From the human T2T-CHM13v2.0 reference genome, Homo sapiens, in NCBI RefSeq assembly GCF_009914755.1, contig NC_060928.1: a stretch of 64,000 bases of DNA, one strand, 5' to 3'. Shown here piece by piece: positions 11,758 to 24,724 of the stretch (the first letter of the stretch is position 1; each line of letters opens with the position of its first letter). A model generated the notes under the pieces. The model worked only from the letters and a program-made list of their open reading frames with translations, did no database searches and had not been told where the DNA came from. A program made the translations under genes and the position numbers.

Positions 11758-12048
11758 GTGAGTAGACCAGCATCAAAAGCTACCTCAGTATGGTCTATGC
11801 TTTCCCAAGGGGTGGAAGAACTTTGCAGACCGTCGTACATTTATTATCACAGAAGACAGTTCTTTGCTTCAGTTTTAAGATGTCGGTTTTCTTGTTGTAG
11901 GTTTTTTTAATTATAAAAATTAGCATTTTTAACATAGCCATTGAAATTTAAATAATCGCATTCTCTTCACAATTTTCAAGCAGCAAAAGTTGCAAGCCAA
12001 TTACAGTACGCAAAAATCACTTGGCATCATCTGTTGATATTAAATTGT

Positions 12049-12061
12049 GTTGCGTAGCAAC
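12049..12061. promoter_or_regulatory. RFX X-box-like palindrome
   Basis: GTTGC-GTA-GCAAC, a perfect inverted half-site pair ~290 bp into the intron, in a local CpG-retaining patch. Confidence 0.55.
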
Positions 12062-14761
12062 CGGCGCACATGCTATGGAAGGATTGTTTGAAATCAAATC
12101 CAATTTTAGTCCCTGAATTTAGTTTTCAGAAATTTACCTAACTGTAAACACACCTAATCCCCAGCCTCAACCAAAGCACATACCGAAATGTTTCTTTTAT
12201 GTTTATTTCATCCTGAATGAAATCCACAGGTATTCTAAACCTCTTACTTCCATGAAATTTAATAAACCACTTGGCATGATCTAGGTGGTTTAGTAGCCTG
12301 AAATAAAATTTATGGACAGAACCGTTTGCTAAAAATGAACAAAATTATACTATATTAGATTTCTCTATTTATGTCTTGAAGTTAATGACAGATATTTTTG
12401 ATATCTTAACAATTATGAAAAATTCAGTTTTGATTATTTTTTAGAAAAATAGGAATGATATGAGAATTTCAGAATATTAACTTTATTTAACATGTTTCAC
12501 TATGAATATATATGTGTTATTCAGACAAAATATAAATGGGACTTGAGTCTTACTACATATATTTTTAAAGGAGAGCAAGGGAATGGAGAGCACAAAGAGC
12601 TGTAGTTTAAGAAAGTATTAAGTGATAGTTTAATACTTTAACAAGAAAGATAAGTGATACAACAAAATGAACAGAAGTAGAAAAAGCAAATGGTGAAAAC
12701 CAAAGGAAAAAATACCAAACAATAGAGATCACTGCAATCAATCTTGAAAATGATAAAAATTACCAAACCTACACATTCCAAAAAATCAGCACTGGAAAAA
12801 AAAAAAGTCAAGAAAAAGGTGGTAGAAGGAAACAAATTTAGTTTCAGAAAATATCTAGGGGGGACCACCATGAACTAGTAACAAAAATGAAAGAGAATTC
12901 AGACTGGATTCCTGAAACATTCGGGAGAACATGTTGCTTCCACACATTGCCCTCTTTCCACTCGGCTGTACTTTGCTGTACCTACTGTTTCAAATTGGGA
13001 AAAATACAGAGCCCCACTTAAAAAGAAAACCGTAAGATGGCTACATTTCTATCAAAATAGCTTTATTATTACCTGTGAGAAAAGCTGAAGTGGAGAAAAA
13101 TTGAGAGATATCAGAAAATCCTGAGCTGATGATCTCGTAAAAAAATATAAAATGCTTTTAGCATCAAGGCTGTCTTTCTATGACTGAAATGGAATAAAAA
13201 TGGGACAGCTTCTTGACTGTAAGATCTTTTTGTAATTTGGTGAAGCCCAGCGTCCAATACAATGTAACAAGGCCACTGAAATATCAATAATAACATTTCT
13301 GTTTTAAAAAGTTATTTAGGTGCATTGAGAATGAAATATATACCTCAACAAGCCATGGTGTTTATTTTTATTTCTGTAATTGTGTGTTCATACCACATTC
13401 ATTCATCATAGATACTATGCTAAGTAAGGCCTGGTACTTGAAGTGGTTTTCTATGAAATTATGCTTGAGATGACCTAAATCTATTAGTAGCTCTTGAGAA
13501 TTTGTATATTTAATAATCATGAAAAGGCAGTATCACTGTGTGCTTCATTAGTCTCATATCTGTAGAAATATTTATTAGTTAAAAAAAGGAGCCATATGTT
13601 CATAATATTGGCAGATAATTCTACTGGAGTTCACATATTTTTAATGCAGTTAACTGAAAACTCAGCATGCTTTAACAATACTGCCTTGTCAATACCTTTG
13701 GATGTAAGTTGGTAAAATGTGCCTGAATTATTACTAACTTTTTTCTTTGTACGTGTTGGATGATCAGAGTGCTGGTGCCTGACAGAGGCCATCATTCATT
13801 ACGAAATGGGGCCTAGTCAGCACTAGGATGAGCGAGGGCCACCCTGTCACGGGTGGAACCATTAATATAATAGCCTATCACTCAAACTAATAAAACCAGC
13901 TCAGTCTATTCTGTTTCTGAACATGGACTACCAGATCCAAGTTTTCCATTGCTACATTACATCACAACCGTATTATTATTAGTTGATACGTGAATGAACA
14001 TAGCAGGAGAAATGGTTTTCACCCTCTAGCTACACATAATATCATCAAACCTCAGTAAACTCTTCTCTGCACTTCAAATCAGAACACTTATTACTTATCG
14101 CTTGTGTCATTTGTTAGGCATCTTATACTATTTCTTCGTTTAAAATTGACATAGTTCTTCAGATGTTGGGCTATTCAGTGAGCTCGGCAATTCCTTACTC
14201 CACTACTGTTTGACCTTGCTTGTAACTTTAACAGCAATTTTTAAAACATGTAGATTTATTTAAAACATTTTTTACCTTTAAAAAAAACAGAAATATATAG
14301 AAAAAAAGTAACAGATATCCTATCATTTTGCTGCCAATATAATTTGTGTTGTTATAATTCTGACTTCTGAAAAGTAACAATATACATGGTTAGAAAAAAA
14401 ATACAGAAATTTACCAAATTCTCTCTCGTCTAAAATAATTACTAGTTATACTTTCTTAAAATTTCTTTCATAGAAGTGCATACTTAAAAAATATCTATAT
14501 ATCATTTATTCATTAACTCAACAAATGTTTAGTCAGGGCTTTTTATGTACCAGGAACTATTTCTGGTGCTAGGATTGTAATATTAAGCAAAACGAATTTT
14601 TTAAAAAAGACTTTCTGGCTCTCATGGGGCTTATATTCTTGTGGGAAAAAACGGACTATGGACAGAATAAATAAGAATAAAGATGTATGTGTGTATGTGT
14701 GGTATGGTGATAAGTACTATGGAGAAAAATAAAATAAGGAAGGATGATTGGAAGTGCTTTT

Positions 14762-15545
14762 TTTTGCTGTTTTATTTATTTTTATTTTTTTTTATTATTA
14801 TACTTTAAGTTTTAGGGTACATGTGCACAATGTGCAGGTTAGCTACATACGTATACATGTGCCATGCTGATGCGCTGCACCCACTAACTCGTCATCTAGC
14901 ATTAGGTATATCTCCCAATGTTATCCCTCCTCCCTCCCCCCTCCCCACAACAGTCCCCAGAGTGTGATGTTCCCCTTCCTGTGTCCATGTGTTCTCATTG
15001 TTCAAGTCCCACCTATAAGTGAGAATATGCGGTGTTTGGTTTTTTGTTCTTACGATAGTTTACTGAGAATGATGATTTCCAATTTCATCCATGTCCCTAC
15101 AAAGAACATGAACTCATCATTTTTTATGGCTGCATAGTATTCCATGGTGTATATGTGCCACATTTTCTTAATCCAGTCTATCATTGTTGGACATTTGGGT
15201 TGGTTCCAAGTCTTTGCTATTGTGAATAGTGCCGCAGTAAACATACGTGTGCATGTGTCTTTATAGCAGCATGATTTATAGTCCTTTGGGTATATACCCA
15301 GTAATGGGATGGCTGGGTCAAATGGTATTTTAGTTCTAGATCCCTGAGGAATCGCCACACTGACTTCCACAATGGTTGAACTAGTTTACAGTCTCACCAA
15401 CAGTGTAAAAGTGTTCCTATTTCTCCACATCCTCTCCAGCACCTGTTGTTTCCTGACTTTTTAATGATTGCCATTCTAACTGGTGTGAGATGATATCTCA
15501 TTGTGGTTTTGATTTGCATTTCTCTGACGCCAGTGATGGTGAGCA
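14762..15545 (-). mobile_element. L1PA2/L1PA3 3' fragment (~0.8 kb, 5'-truncated)
   Basis: L1 3'UTR with the GAG (non-Ta) diagnostic CCCACTAACTCGTCATCTAGC and ORF2 C-terminus (ORF 15050-15370). TSD TGGAAGTGCTTTT at 14749-14761 and 15546-15558. Confidence 0.95.
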
Positions 15546-15919
15546 TGGAAGTGCTTTTATAAATAAGGAAAGTCTTCCTGAGAAAGTGATATTTGAGCAA
15601 AGGCTTGAAGGAGGTGAGGGAAGGAAGCCTGCAGATACCTGGGGAAATCATTCCGGGAAGAAAGAAGCTGATGCAAATGCTCTCAGAAAAGACACTGGTG
15701 AGGGGAATGCAGCAGAGGGGCTCAGAGAGGTGGAATAGGCAGGAGTGTGGGCACCAGGGCAAGAGTGGCAGGACAGCCACAGACTCAGAAAAGGGGGGGC
15801 CACACATAAATTTTAATTTTTCATCTATGTAAGATGGGGAGCTTTTAAAGGACATTTTTCCTGGATGTGGAATTTTGGAGGACTTTGAGGAGAGAGATGC
15901 CATAATCTGATGAATATTT

Positions 15920-16648
15920 GTTTTCTTCAACTTTTAAGTTCAGGGGTACATGTGCAGGATGTGCAGGTTTGTTATATAGGTAAAAGTGTGCCATGATGGT
16001 TTGCTGCACAGATCATCCCCATCACCTAGGTATTACACCCAGTATCCATTAGTGATTCTTCTTGATGTTCTCCCTCCCCTCCCCTCACCCAACCCCGACA
16101 GGCCCCAATGTCTGTTGTTCCCTGCCATGTGTCCATGTGTTCTTATCATTCAGCTCCCACTTACAAGTGAGAACATGCGGCGTTTGGTTTTCTGTTCCTG
16201 TTTTAGTTTGCTGAGGATAACAGCTTCCAAATCCATCCATGTCGCTGCAAAGGACATGATCTTGTTCCTTTTTATGGCTGCATAGTATTCCATGGTGTAT
16301 ATGTACCACATTGTCTTTATGCAGTCCATTAGTGATGGGCATTTAGGTTGATTCTATGTCTTTGCTATTGTGAATGGTGCGTCAACGAACATACCCACAC
16401 ATGTATCTTGGTAATAGAATGATTTGTATTCCTTTGGGTATATATATACCCAGTAATGGGATTGCTTGGTCAAATTATATCTCTGCCTCTAGGTCTTTGA
16501 GGAATCACTAAACTGTCTTCTACAATGGTTGAATTAATTTACACTCCCACCAACAGTGTAAAAGCATTCCTTTTTCTCTGCAACCTCACCAGCATCTGTT
16601 TTTTGGCTTTTTAATAACTAATAGCTATTCTGACTGATGTGATGTAGT
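15920..16648 (-). mobile_element. Older L1PA (L1PA13-like) 3' fragment
   Basis: 3'UTR GCTGCACAGATCATCCCCATCACCTAGG... TSD ATCTGATG(A/G)ATATTT at 15905-15919 and 16649-16663. Confidence 0.85.
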
Positions 16649-18699
16649 ATCTGATGGATATTTTTAAGGGATATCCCTGGTTGTTAAACTCAAAACAGAC
16701 TAAACAAGAGAAAGGGCAGAACAGAGATGCTAGCTGGAGACTATTGCAAAAAATAGTCCAGGTGAAGGATGTGGGCAGCTTGGAACAGAATGGTAGAGGA
16801 AGAACTGGTCCCAAGCAGTTTTACATTCCAAATGTATTTTGAAAGCACAACTGCCAAAATTTGCAAATAGTTTTGGTATGAGATGAGAGATCAAGAAGAG
16901 CCAAAGATGACTCCAGAGTTTTTTGTCTGAGCAACTAGAAGGATGGAGTTATAATTTACTAAGGTAAAGAAGACTAGGAGAACAAGTGGGTTGGGTTGCA
17001 GTTTGGACCTGCCCAGTTTTAGATGCCTCTTAGATTTCTAATTGCAAATGTCAGGTGAACAGTGTAATCTGTGAGTCTACTTTAGATATTGGTCGAAAAT
17101 AGGAATTCAGGAATTCTCAGCATATAGATGGTATTTAAGGTCATCTGACTGGGTAAAATCGTGAAAGGAGTGATTGTGAGTAGAGAAGAAAGGAAGATCG
17201 AGGGTTTAAACATGGACACCCCAATGTTAAGAATTCAGGATTCTGCAGAGTAGCCAATAAAGTAGAAAGAAACCAGAAAAGGGTGGTTTCCTGGACACCA
17301 AGTGGAAGCTGTTTGTAAAATCCCGTCATTATGTCAGGGAATGGGAAGATTGGCTTAAATTAGCAATGTTAGGTCATTGGTGGTGAGAGAGAAAATCTAA
17401 CTGAAATAGGCCCAAGAGAATAAAGGAGAGAAATTGGGAAATGGAGAGACTGCTCATTGAAGGAATTTTGTTATGAAATCAGAATGTAAAAAATGAAATG
17501 GTAGCTGTAGACGGAAGAAGGGAGAAAGCGTTTTTTAAAGAACCGTATTAATATGTTTTAAAATTGTTATATTTGTTAGGAATGATTCCATTGATAAGGG
17601 AAAGTGGATGATGCAAGAAAGAAGGAAGAACTGTTGAGGTTCCCTGAGGTCCATGAGAGGGGATCAGGCCTACAGCAAGACTGCAGGCTGAGCCATTGCA
17701 AAGTAATTGCCATAAGTAAGCACAAATGCAGAAAGGGAGATAGATAAGGAGAGAGCTTGGGGAAGATCTCTTCTAGCTCACTTCTCCGTTTTATTTGTTA
17801 ATGCTATGTACAAGGTCATCAGCTGAGGCTGAGGATTGTGGAGAAGCTCTGAGGATACAGAAAAATGCATGAAATTGTGATTGGGGAGGGAGAATAAACA
17901 GAATGGGGAAATAATATGAACACCCAGAAGCACAAAAGGACTGTGGAGGTGAGTGATCCCCAGTTTGGTCTGTGTGTTGTGTAGTTTTCTTCAGGACATT
18001 GAGCTGTGCACATGCAGATAAGGAGTTGACAGAGAATTGGATTTAACAATAGTTGGGGTTTTACCAAATGAATATTTAGGAACTCAAGTGGAGCAAGTGA
18101 GTTGATAGTGTAGGATAGGAGGTGACTCTAGTTCAGGATTGTGGAATTGAAACTGGATAAGCAGATAAGGGAGAGGGTGAGAGGCAGAGGAATGGTGTTA
18201 GGATCAAAAGAGTGTAGGTGCAGCTGCAGGCTGACTGAGTTCCCTAGGGAAGGAGCTGGAACTGAACAGCAGGAGGAGGGAGCATTAACAATGGGCTGCT
18301 AAACATTGAGATAATGGAGAGGTTATTTGTAATGAACAAATCTAGACTGCAACCATGTTAGTGAGTGGTTAAAGAAGAGTGGAGGAGGCTGGAGTCCAAG
18401 AACTTTGGTATTCAAATGGGAGAGGCCAGGCTATTGAAAGGACCAGTATGGATATTCAAGTCACCCAGGATTTTGTCAGGAGTAATGTTGGAAAGGGTGA
18501 GAGTAAACCAGGATAGAAAATCTCCAAGGAATGCAGGCGAATGGCCTGGGGGGTCTGCAGATGATTACAAAGAATGGCTATAAATGGTGATGGAACCTGA
18601 TGATTCAAAGATAGGGTATTTAAGGAGGTGGGTACAGTAGTCTGTGGGTAGTAATAAGGAAAAAAATTGAAAAATTTTTTTTCTTTGGCTGTATACTTT

Positions 18700-20480
18700 C
18701 TATTGACAGCCATTTAATTATCTACTTATCTTATTCTACCTGTATAAGTATGACTCTGCTTTCTTAGGTACCACTTTATTTTTCCCTATGCAGAAATCTA
18801 TTTGCCTCTCTTTTTATCATCTATCATACCTATCCCTTGAACCACTTCCCTACTAATCAGCTATTTTTTTTTTTTACTTATACTAAAATGTTTACATTGT
18901 TTTACACATTGCTTCCTCCCTGTTTACTTTTGATGTATATTATTAGCTCAGAGATATTGGACACATTCTTTTTAATAGCTGCTTACTTACGGGTGTGCCA
19001 AAATGTATTTAGTCAGTATTTTTTCCCATTGATGTACCCTTTGGTCATTTCCAATTATTCGCTATTACAAACAGTGTGGTTATATATCTCTGCATATGTA
19101 TATATTTGAGAAATTTTGCTTCTGTATTCATGAAGTCAATTCCTATCAGAGGGTCAAGGGCAAGTGCGTTTAAAATTTGTTTATATATATAGCCTAATTG
19201 CCTTCTAATAAGATTATGCAAATTTATACTTCCACCAACAGCAAAAGAGAGACTACTTTCCTCATACCCTGGCCCTTAACAACATTATTTATTGAGCATT
19301 TTAAATTTTTACCAAGTTAATAGAAGGAGAAATTTCATCCCCTTTTTATTTGCATTTTGACTAAAAATGAATATGTTTTCATCTGTTTATTGGGCATTAG
19401 AATTTTTCTATTTCTATAAATTGCCTTTCTTAAATTTTTTGTACTGTTTAAAATGAAATCGAAGTTTTTATTTTGAGATCATTGTAAATTCACATACAGT
19501 TGGGAGAAATAATACAGACAGATCCCAAGTACGCTTTGTCCTGTCTTCCCTAGTGGTAACATCTGCAAAACTTGAGTACAATATCATATCCAAGAAGGCC
19601 ATATTGACATAGTCAAGAATGTAGTTTTCCTAATTTTTGCCCACTTTTCTATTGTGCTAATTATCTTTTTTATGATTGATTTAAATATTTTATTTGAAAA
19701 TTAAGAAAATTATTATTTTACATGTATCAAATATATATTTTCTCCCAGATTTCCATTTGCCCTTTGCTTTTATTTGTTACATTCCTGCTTAATTTTGTCA
19801 GTCTTTATGACTTGTGAGTTTTACATCCTTCTTGAAAAAGTCTTATCAACTTTATAAATGAATTTATGTTCTAGAATTTTTATGATTCTATTTTTCATGT
19901 TAAAATGTTGATCCATTTGAAATTTATTTTGAGGTAGAGAATTAGGTAAGAATCCGGTTTTCTTTTTTCTTCAAATAGTTAACTAGTTTTTTATATTCCA
20001 TTTATTTCAAATATTACTTATGTCATCACCAAATTTCTATTTGCATTTGGGTTTATTTCCACACTCACTTTGATCTCTGTCATTCTCTTGGCATGTCTCT
20101 ACCAGCATCTAGCTATGCTAATTATTGTACCACTCTAATCTGTTTTAGTAGAGGACAGGAGTAAGTGCTCCTTATTTACTGCTTTCTCCTCTCCTCCCCA
20201 AGGATTCTCCTAGTAATTTTTAAATACTTATTTTTTAACCCAAAAACTTTATTATCACGTTGTCAGGTTAAAAATATTGCTGTTGATGTTTCAATTTGAA
20301 CTGAATTATTATTAAATTCCTAGATAAATTTGAGGAAATATAATATCTTTGCACTACATAATCTTCTTATCCAAGTGCATGGTAGGTTTGATCATGTACT
20401 TATTCTCTTTTGCATTCTCCGGTAGAATTTAAAGGTCTTCTTGTACAGACCCTGAATATTTTATTTATTTACATTTATTT
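18700..20480 (-). mobile_element. Ancient L1ME-type remnant with a nested L1MC-like 3' piece (~19460-19620)
   Basis: Degenerate L1 motifs CATTCTTTTTAATAGCTGC, GCTATTACAAACAGTG, ATTTATACTTCCACCAACAG. Nested TTTTGAGATCATTGTAAATTCACATACAGTTG...GTGGTAACATCTGCAAAAC. Confidence 0.65.
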
Positions 20481-23400
20481 CACAAGTACACACACCTATA
20501 CATAGTCCTTAGTGTTAACTTGGTCAATAATAGAACATAGAAAAGAAAATATTAAACACTCAAATGCCATCAAACTCACATAGTAATCTATTTTATAGAT
20601 GGTAGATGACTGTTTCTGTATCGAAATTACTAATTCCTAACACAAAATATTTTGTCCATGTTTTTGCTAGTGACGGTTTATACAGTAGCCAGAAGGCGAG
20701 TAAAGAAACAGACTTTTCATGTTTTCAGAGGTAGATGTTCCTGAAATAAGCATCCTGTGTATATAAAAAAAGTAAGTTGTAAAAATAAAATATGTTCGAT
20801 TGGATAATCATCTATAACGTTAACAGTCCAATTGCTTGTCATGTAGAGGAAGGCTGTGCTTTAATTAAGCAATAAGACATGACAGGGTGTGAATTATGGA
20901 GTAATAATTCTTGTCTAGTATATTGTTAGACAGGAGGCCGAGGGCCAGGTGTCACTGCATACACCATGCATAAATTATTATGCTGTAACTTAAATCTAGA
21001 ATATTATAGAATAATTCTAAAATATTTTTCAAATAATTTTGCTAAATAAGACACATAAGTCAAACATATTTTTTAAATTCTATGTTAGAGGACATTTATT
21101 ATAATGGTATAAGATCAAGATGCTAAAGTGAAGCATTTACTTTCAAGGAAAGACATAGCAAGAAAAATGTAATAGTAAAGTTGGCTTCCTAAGTGGTTAT
21201 TCTCTAAACAAGATTGTTCCAGAGGAGATTTCTAGGAAGAAAATACATTAATTTGACTTTATCCCTTGTGATTAGGAAAAAAAATGGTGGGAACTGTTTT
21301 GAGAAATTTTAAAAGAGGTCCTTTTTGGCTTTTTTTTTCTTCACAAAGCAGCACTAACAAATAACTCTAACATAAATCTTCCTGAGGAAAAAGAAAAATG
21401 CATCTTGCAGAAAGAACTTGGCAAGGGTGGGGCAATTTTACAGATTTTGGGGTCCTTTAAAATCAGTGTGATTTGTAATCCTAATGCTTTCCCCTGTAAC
21501 GTACCGTTTTGAAGGTCCTCTTTTGTAAAGACCTTAAAACAGATCTCTTATCACAAGCAAACACATTGTTTGAAATGCTGCTTTTTTAAAAAATAAGAAA
21601 ACTCATTTCTGCCCATTCAAAAGCAAAATGTTTGAGGGCAAGTATGTGACTGTAATAAAGAGAAAGTCTCTCTCTGCTTTTCATCTGCAGAGCACTCTGG
21701 CTAGCAGTGTTTCAAAAGAAGATTTCTTTTTAAAGTTATTATATTTTGTGCTTTTATTGTCAATATTGTATACTTTTAGGATGGTTGGTGTGTTAACAAG
21801 CTCAGCTTCTTTTGTGAATATTGCAAGATGAAAGTTATATTGCAACTTCAGACCATTAATTTTGTCTCTTTAAATTAATGCCCGTTATTATCAAATTTGA
21901 CCTCTTTCTGTAAGTGGCAAGACTAGAGTTAGCTTAATGTGCGAATCAAATAGTCCTTAACAAGGTGCTCTTAAAGGGGCTCCTTTAAGAACCACCCACT
22001 TGCCCGAAATATGTCTCTTACGGTCTTATCACAGTACCATTAATTATTTATTTCTCTGGATTCATCTCTGTGTCTTCAGTGATCCCTTATTAAAAAGAAA
22101 TCCCTCCCAAGTCAATGAGATAGAACCCACTGATGAGTGATCAGCCTCTTAACAGAGATGAGTTTGTCCACCTGCTTTGGTCCATGCGGAAAGCAGAGAA
22201 GAAAGGACACGGGAAAGGGATGCTTTATTGGACGTGAAAAGTAAAGGTTTCCAGCCACGAAACTTGGGTGAGGTGTTACTGTGATCCTGAGCTACTGGAA
22301 GGTGGCTTGAAAGCTCACTTTGTTCATGGTTGGGGGGTAGAAGAACCTCAAGAGAGGAGAGCAGAATTATGAGTTCTTCAGGCAAGGGTGGACCATGTCT
22401 TATTTGGTGCCTAGTATGTGTCCTAAATGATGAAAAAGTTAGGGAAAGCTAAAGAAAATTTCATCTTCTGTGCTTAACAGTTTTACCAACTTTATCACTT
22501 ATAATAGGTCCCTAGGTCTATCACAACAATAAAATAAAACCCTTTTTAGCCCTTTCTTCTGGTTTCTGTTTAGCTGAACTAGGCAGAGTTAACTTTTCTA
22601 CTCAGTGGATCCAATTACTCCTTTTCTAGAAATACATCTCCACAGGATTTTATTCCAAACTTTTTGTTGTGTCAGGTCAGCCTTAGGAAAGCACTCATTC
22701 TAGTTCATTCCAGGACATTAATTAGCCCAAAATGTTTCCTTGTATAACACCCCACAGATTGTTCCCCACCAAATATCACATATTGGGTAGATATCAAATA
22801 AAGCAAAGAGGCCGCAACTTTCTCTTATGCTTCTCTGAGATTTGTTGGGTCGGTTTTGGGCCACCCACATGTTGGGTAGTTCTTAAAAACGGTAACAGAT
22901 ACCCATAGCATTATCTTTAGAGAACTATGATATAAAAGAATGCTGTTGGCTTCCAGCAAGATCAGTACGCGACAGGAGTGATTGAAGAGCACCTCTGCAT
23001 TTTTAGAAAAGGACAATCAATTACTTTGTTTTAATTTTCATACCAGCATGCCCTTGACTTAGGCTGTATCTGCTTCTACAGAGAGACCCCTACTTTAAAA
23101 TATTTCAGCATGCAATAATTTGTGAAAATATTCCTTTCACCAGCTGGCTGCTTGTTCAAACTGGCCACATGACTAAGTTTCAGCTACTCATACCACACAG
23201 TAGGATGATCAAAATTGTATTTTATATATTTATGTTTACTGGGATACATTATTAGCACTTATTTTGTTAAAATCTCCATGCTAGAGATTCAGGGTCATTT
23301 ACTTCCTCAAAGTTAACAATAGCATTGCGGGGTTAGGGTTAATTTAGGGACTGGAAAATGGAGTCATGTAAAGCTCCTCAGTAAATGAAGAGTCCAGTCT

Positions 23401-24390
23401 TTTAACTCAAGAATTAATTTGGAAGCCCAAACTATTTCCAACAAACCGTCTTGTTTTCTGCTGATGTTAAAGTTAGAATCGTTTTTAAAATTGAATTTAG
23501 CAACTACTACAGCCTTCCAAAGGAAAAAAAAAAAAAAAAACAAGAAACTGCCGTTTTCCCAGTCTGCAATCCAAGACTATTACACTTCTTCTATGACCCA
23601 TTCTAGGAACTCTCTCCTCACAGTGTTGTTACGCACCTGCTTTCTGATCCAGAACCGATTACACATTGTCGGAGTCCAGAGTGCTAACCATCCCACCTCG
23701 CTGATTACACATTTTCAAAAGTACAACAGCCTAAGGGAAGCCCTAGGGTAGCGGGCATGAGCACCAGCCTCATCACACCAAGAACCAACAGTCATTGCTA
23801 CAGAAAAAATCCTACGGTTGTAGCCATAGAGCAGGTGCTGGCACTTTCCTCCATCCAAGTTTAGTTTTTTTCCACGTAAATTAGTTGGTATCACGCATTG
23901 TTTGTGTTGGGGTGGGAGTTTTGATTGAGAATTTTTGTCATGATCTTTTGTTGGGGACGAAGACTGACCTGTAAATTAAGAACAGAAAAGAAGGCACAGA
24001 GCCAGTGTCACAACTTGCCTGCAGGAGCCTGAGCCTACCCCTCTCCACTAGGTATACCACAGGTTTTTTGTAATCCATCACCTTGATTCTTATCTCCTGT
24101 TTCCTGACTTGGCTTTCTTGCATATTATTTCAATTCCCTTTAGCAGATTTGCTGCTTTTAAACTCATTAGCTTAAAAACAGCAGCCTGGACTCACATTCC
24201 TAATTTCTGTTTTATAAAGGCCATTGCTTTTGATATTCTCACTCTCAGGCTGTGGCCCAACTACGGTTCTCTCCAGCACCCCAGCTCTGTAGAAAGGAAA
24301 TGAGACTTGTTTCTGACAAGGTCACCCATAACGTAAGTTGTTGAAATTCCTCGTTACTACATTTAGATTTTAAAATGGAATGTAGGTATC

Positions 24391-24724
<334 letters not shown>

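Larger units (their letters stand above)
14500..18660 (-). mobile_element. Long L2 remnant interrupted by two L1 insertions
   Basis: Antisense L2 tail ATTTATTCATTAACTCAACAAATG...CCAGGAACTATTTCTGGTGCTAGG. It resumes after each L1 (GAGAAAGTGATATTTGAGCAAAGGCTTGAAGG; TAGTCCAGGTGAAGGATG; AAAGATGACTCCAGAGTTTTTTGTCTGAGCAACTAGAAGGATGGAG). Confidence 0.75.

Noticed and set aside
23329-23349. Telomere-like GGGGTTAGGGTTAATTTAGGG
   Set aside because: Only two TTAGGG units and three G-tracts, too short for an interstitial telomere or a canonical G4.
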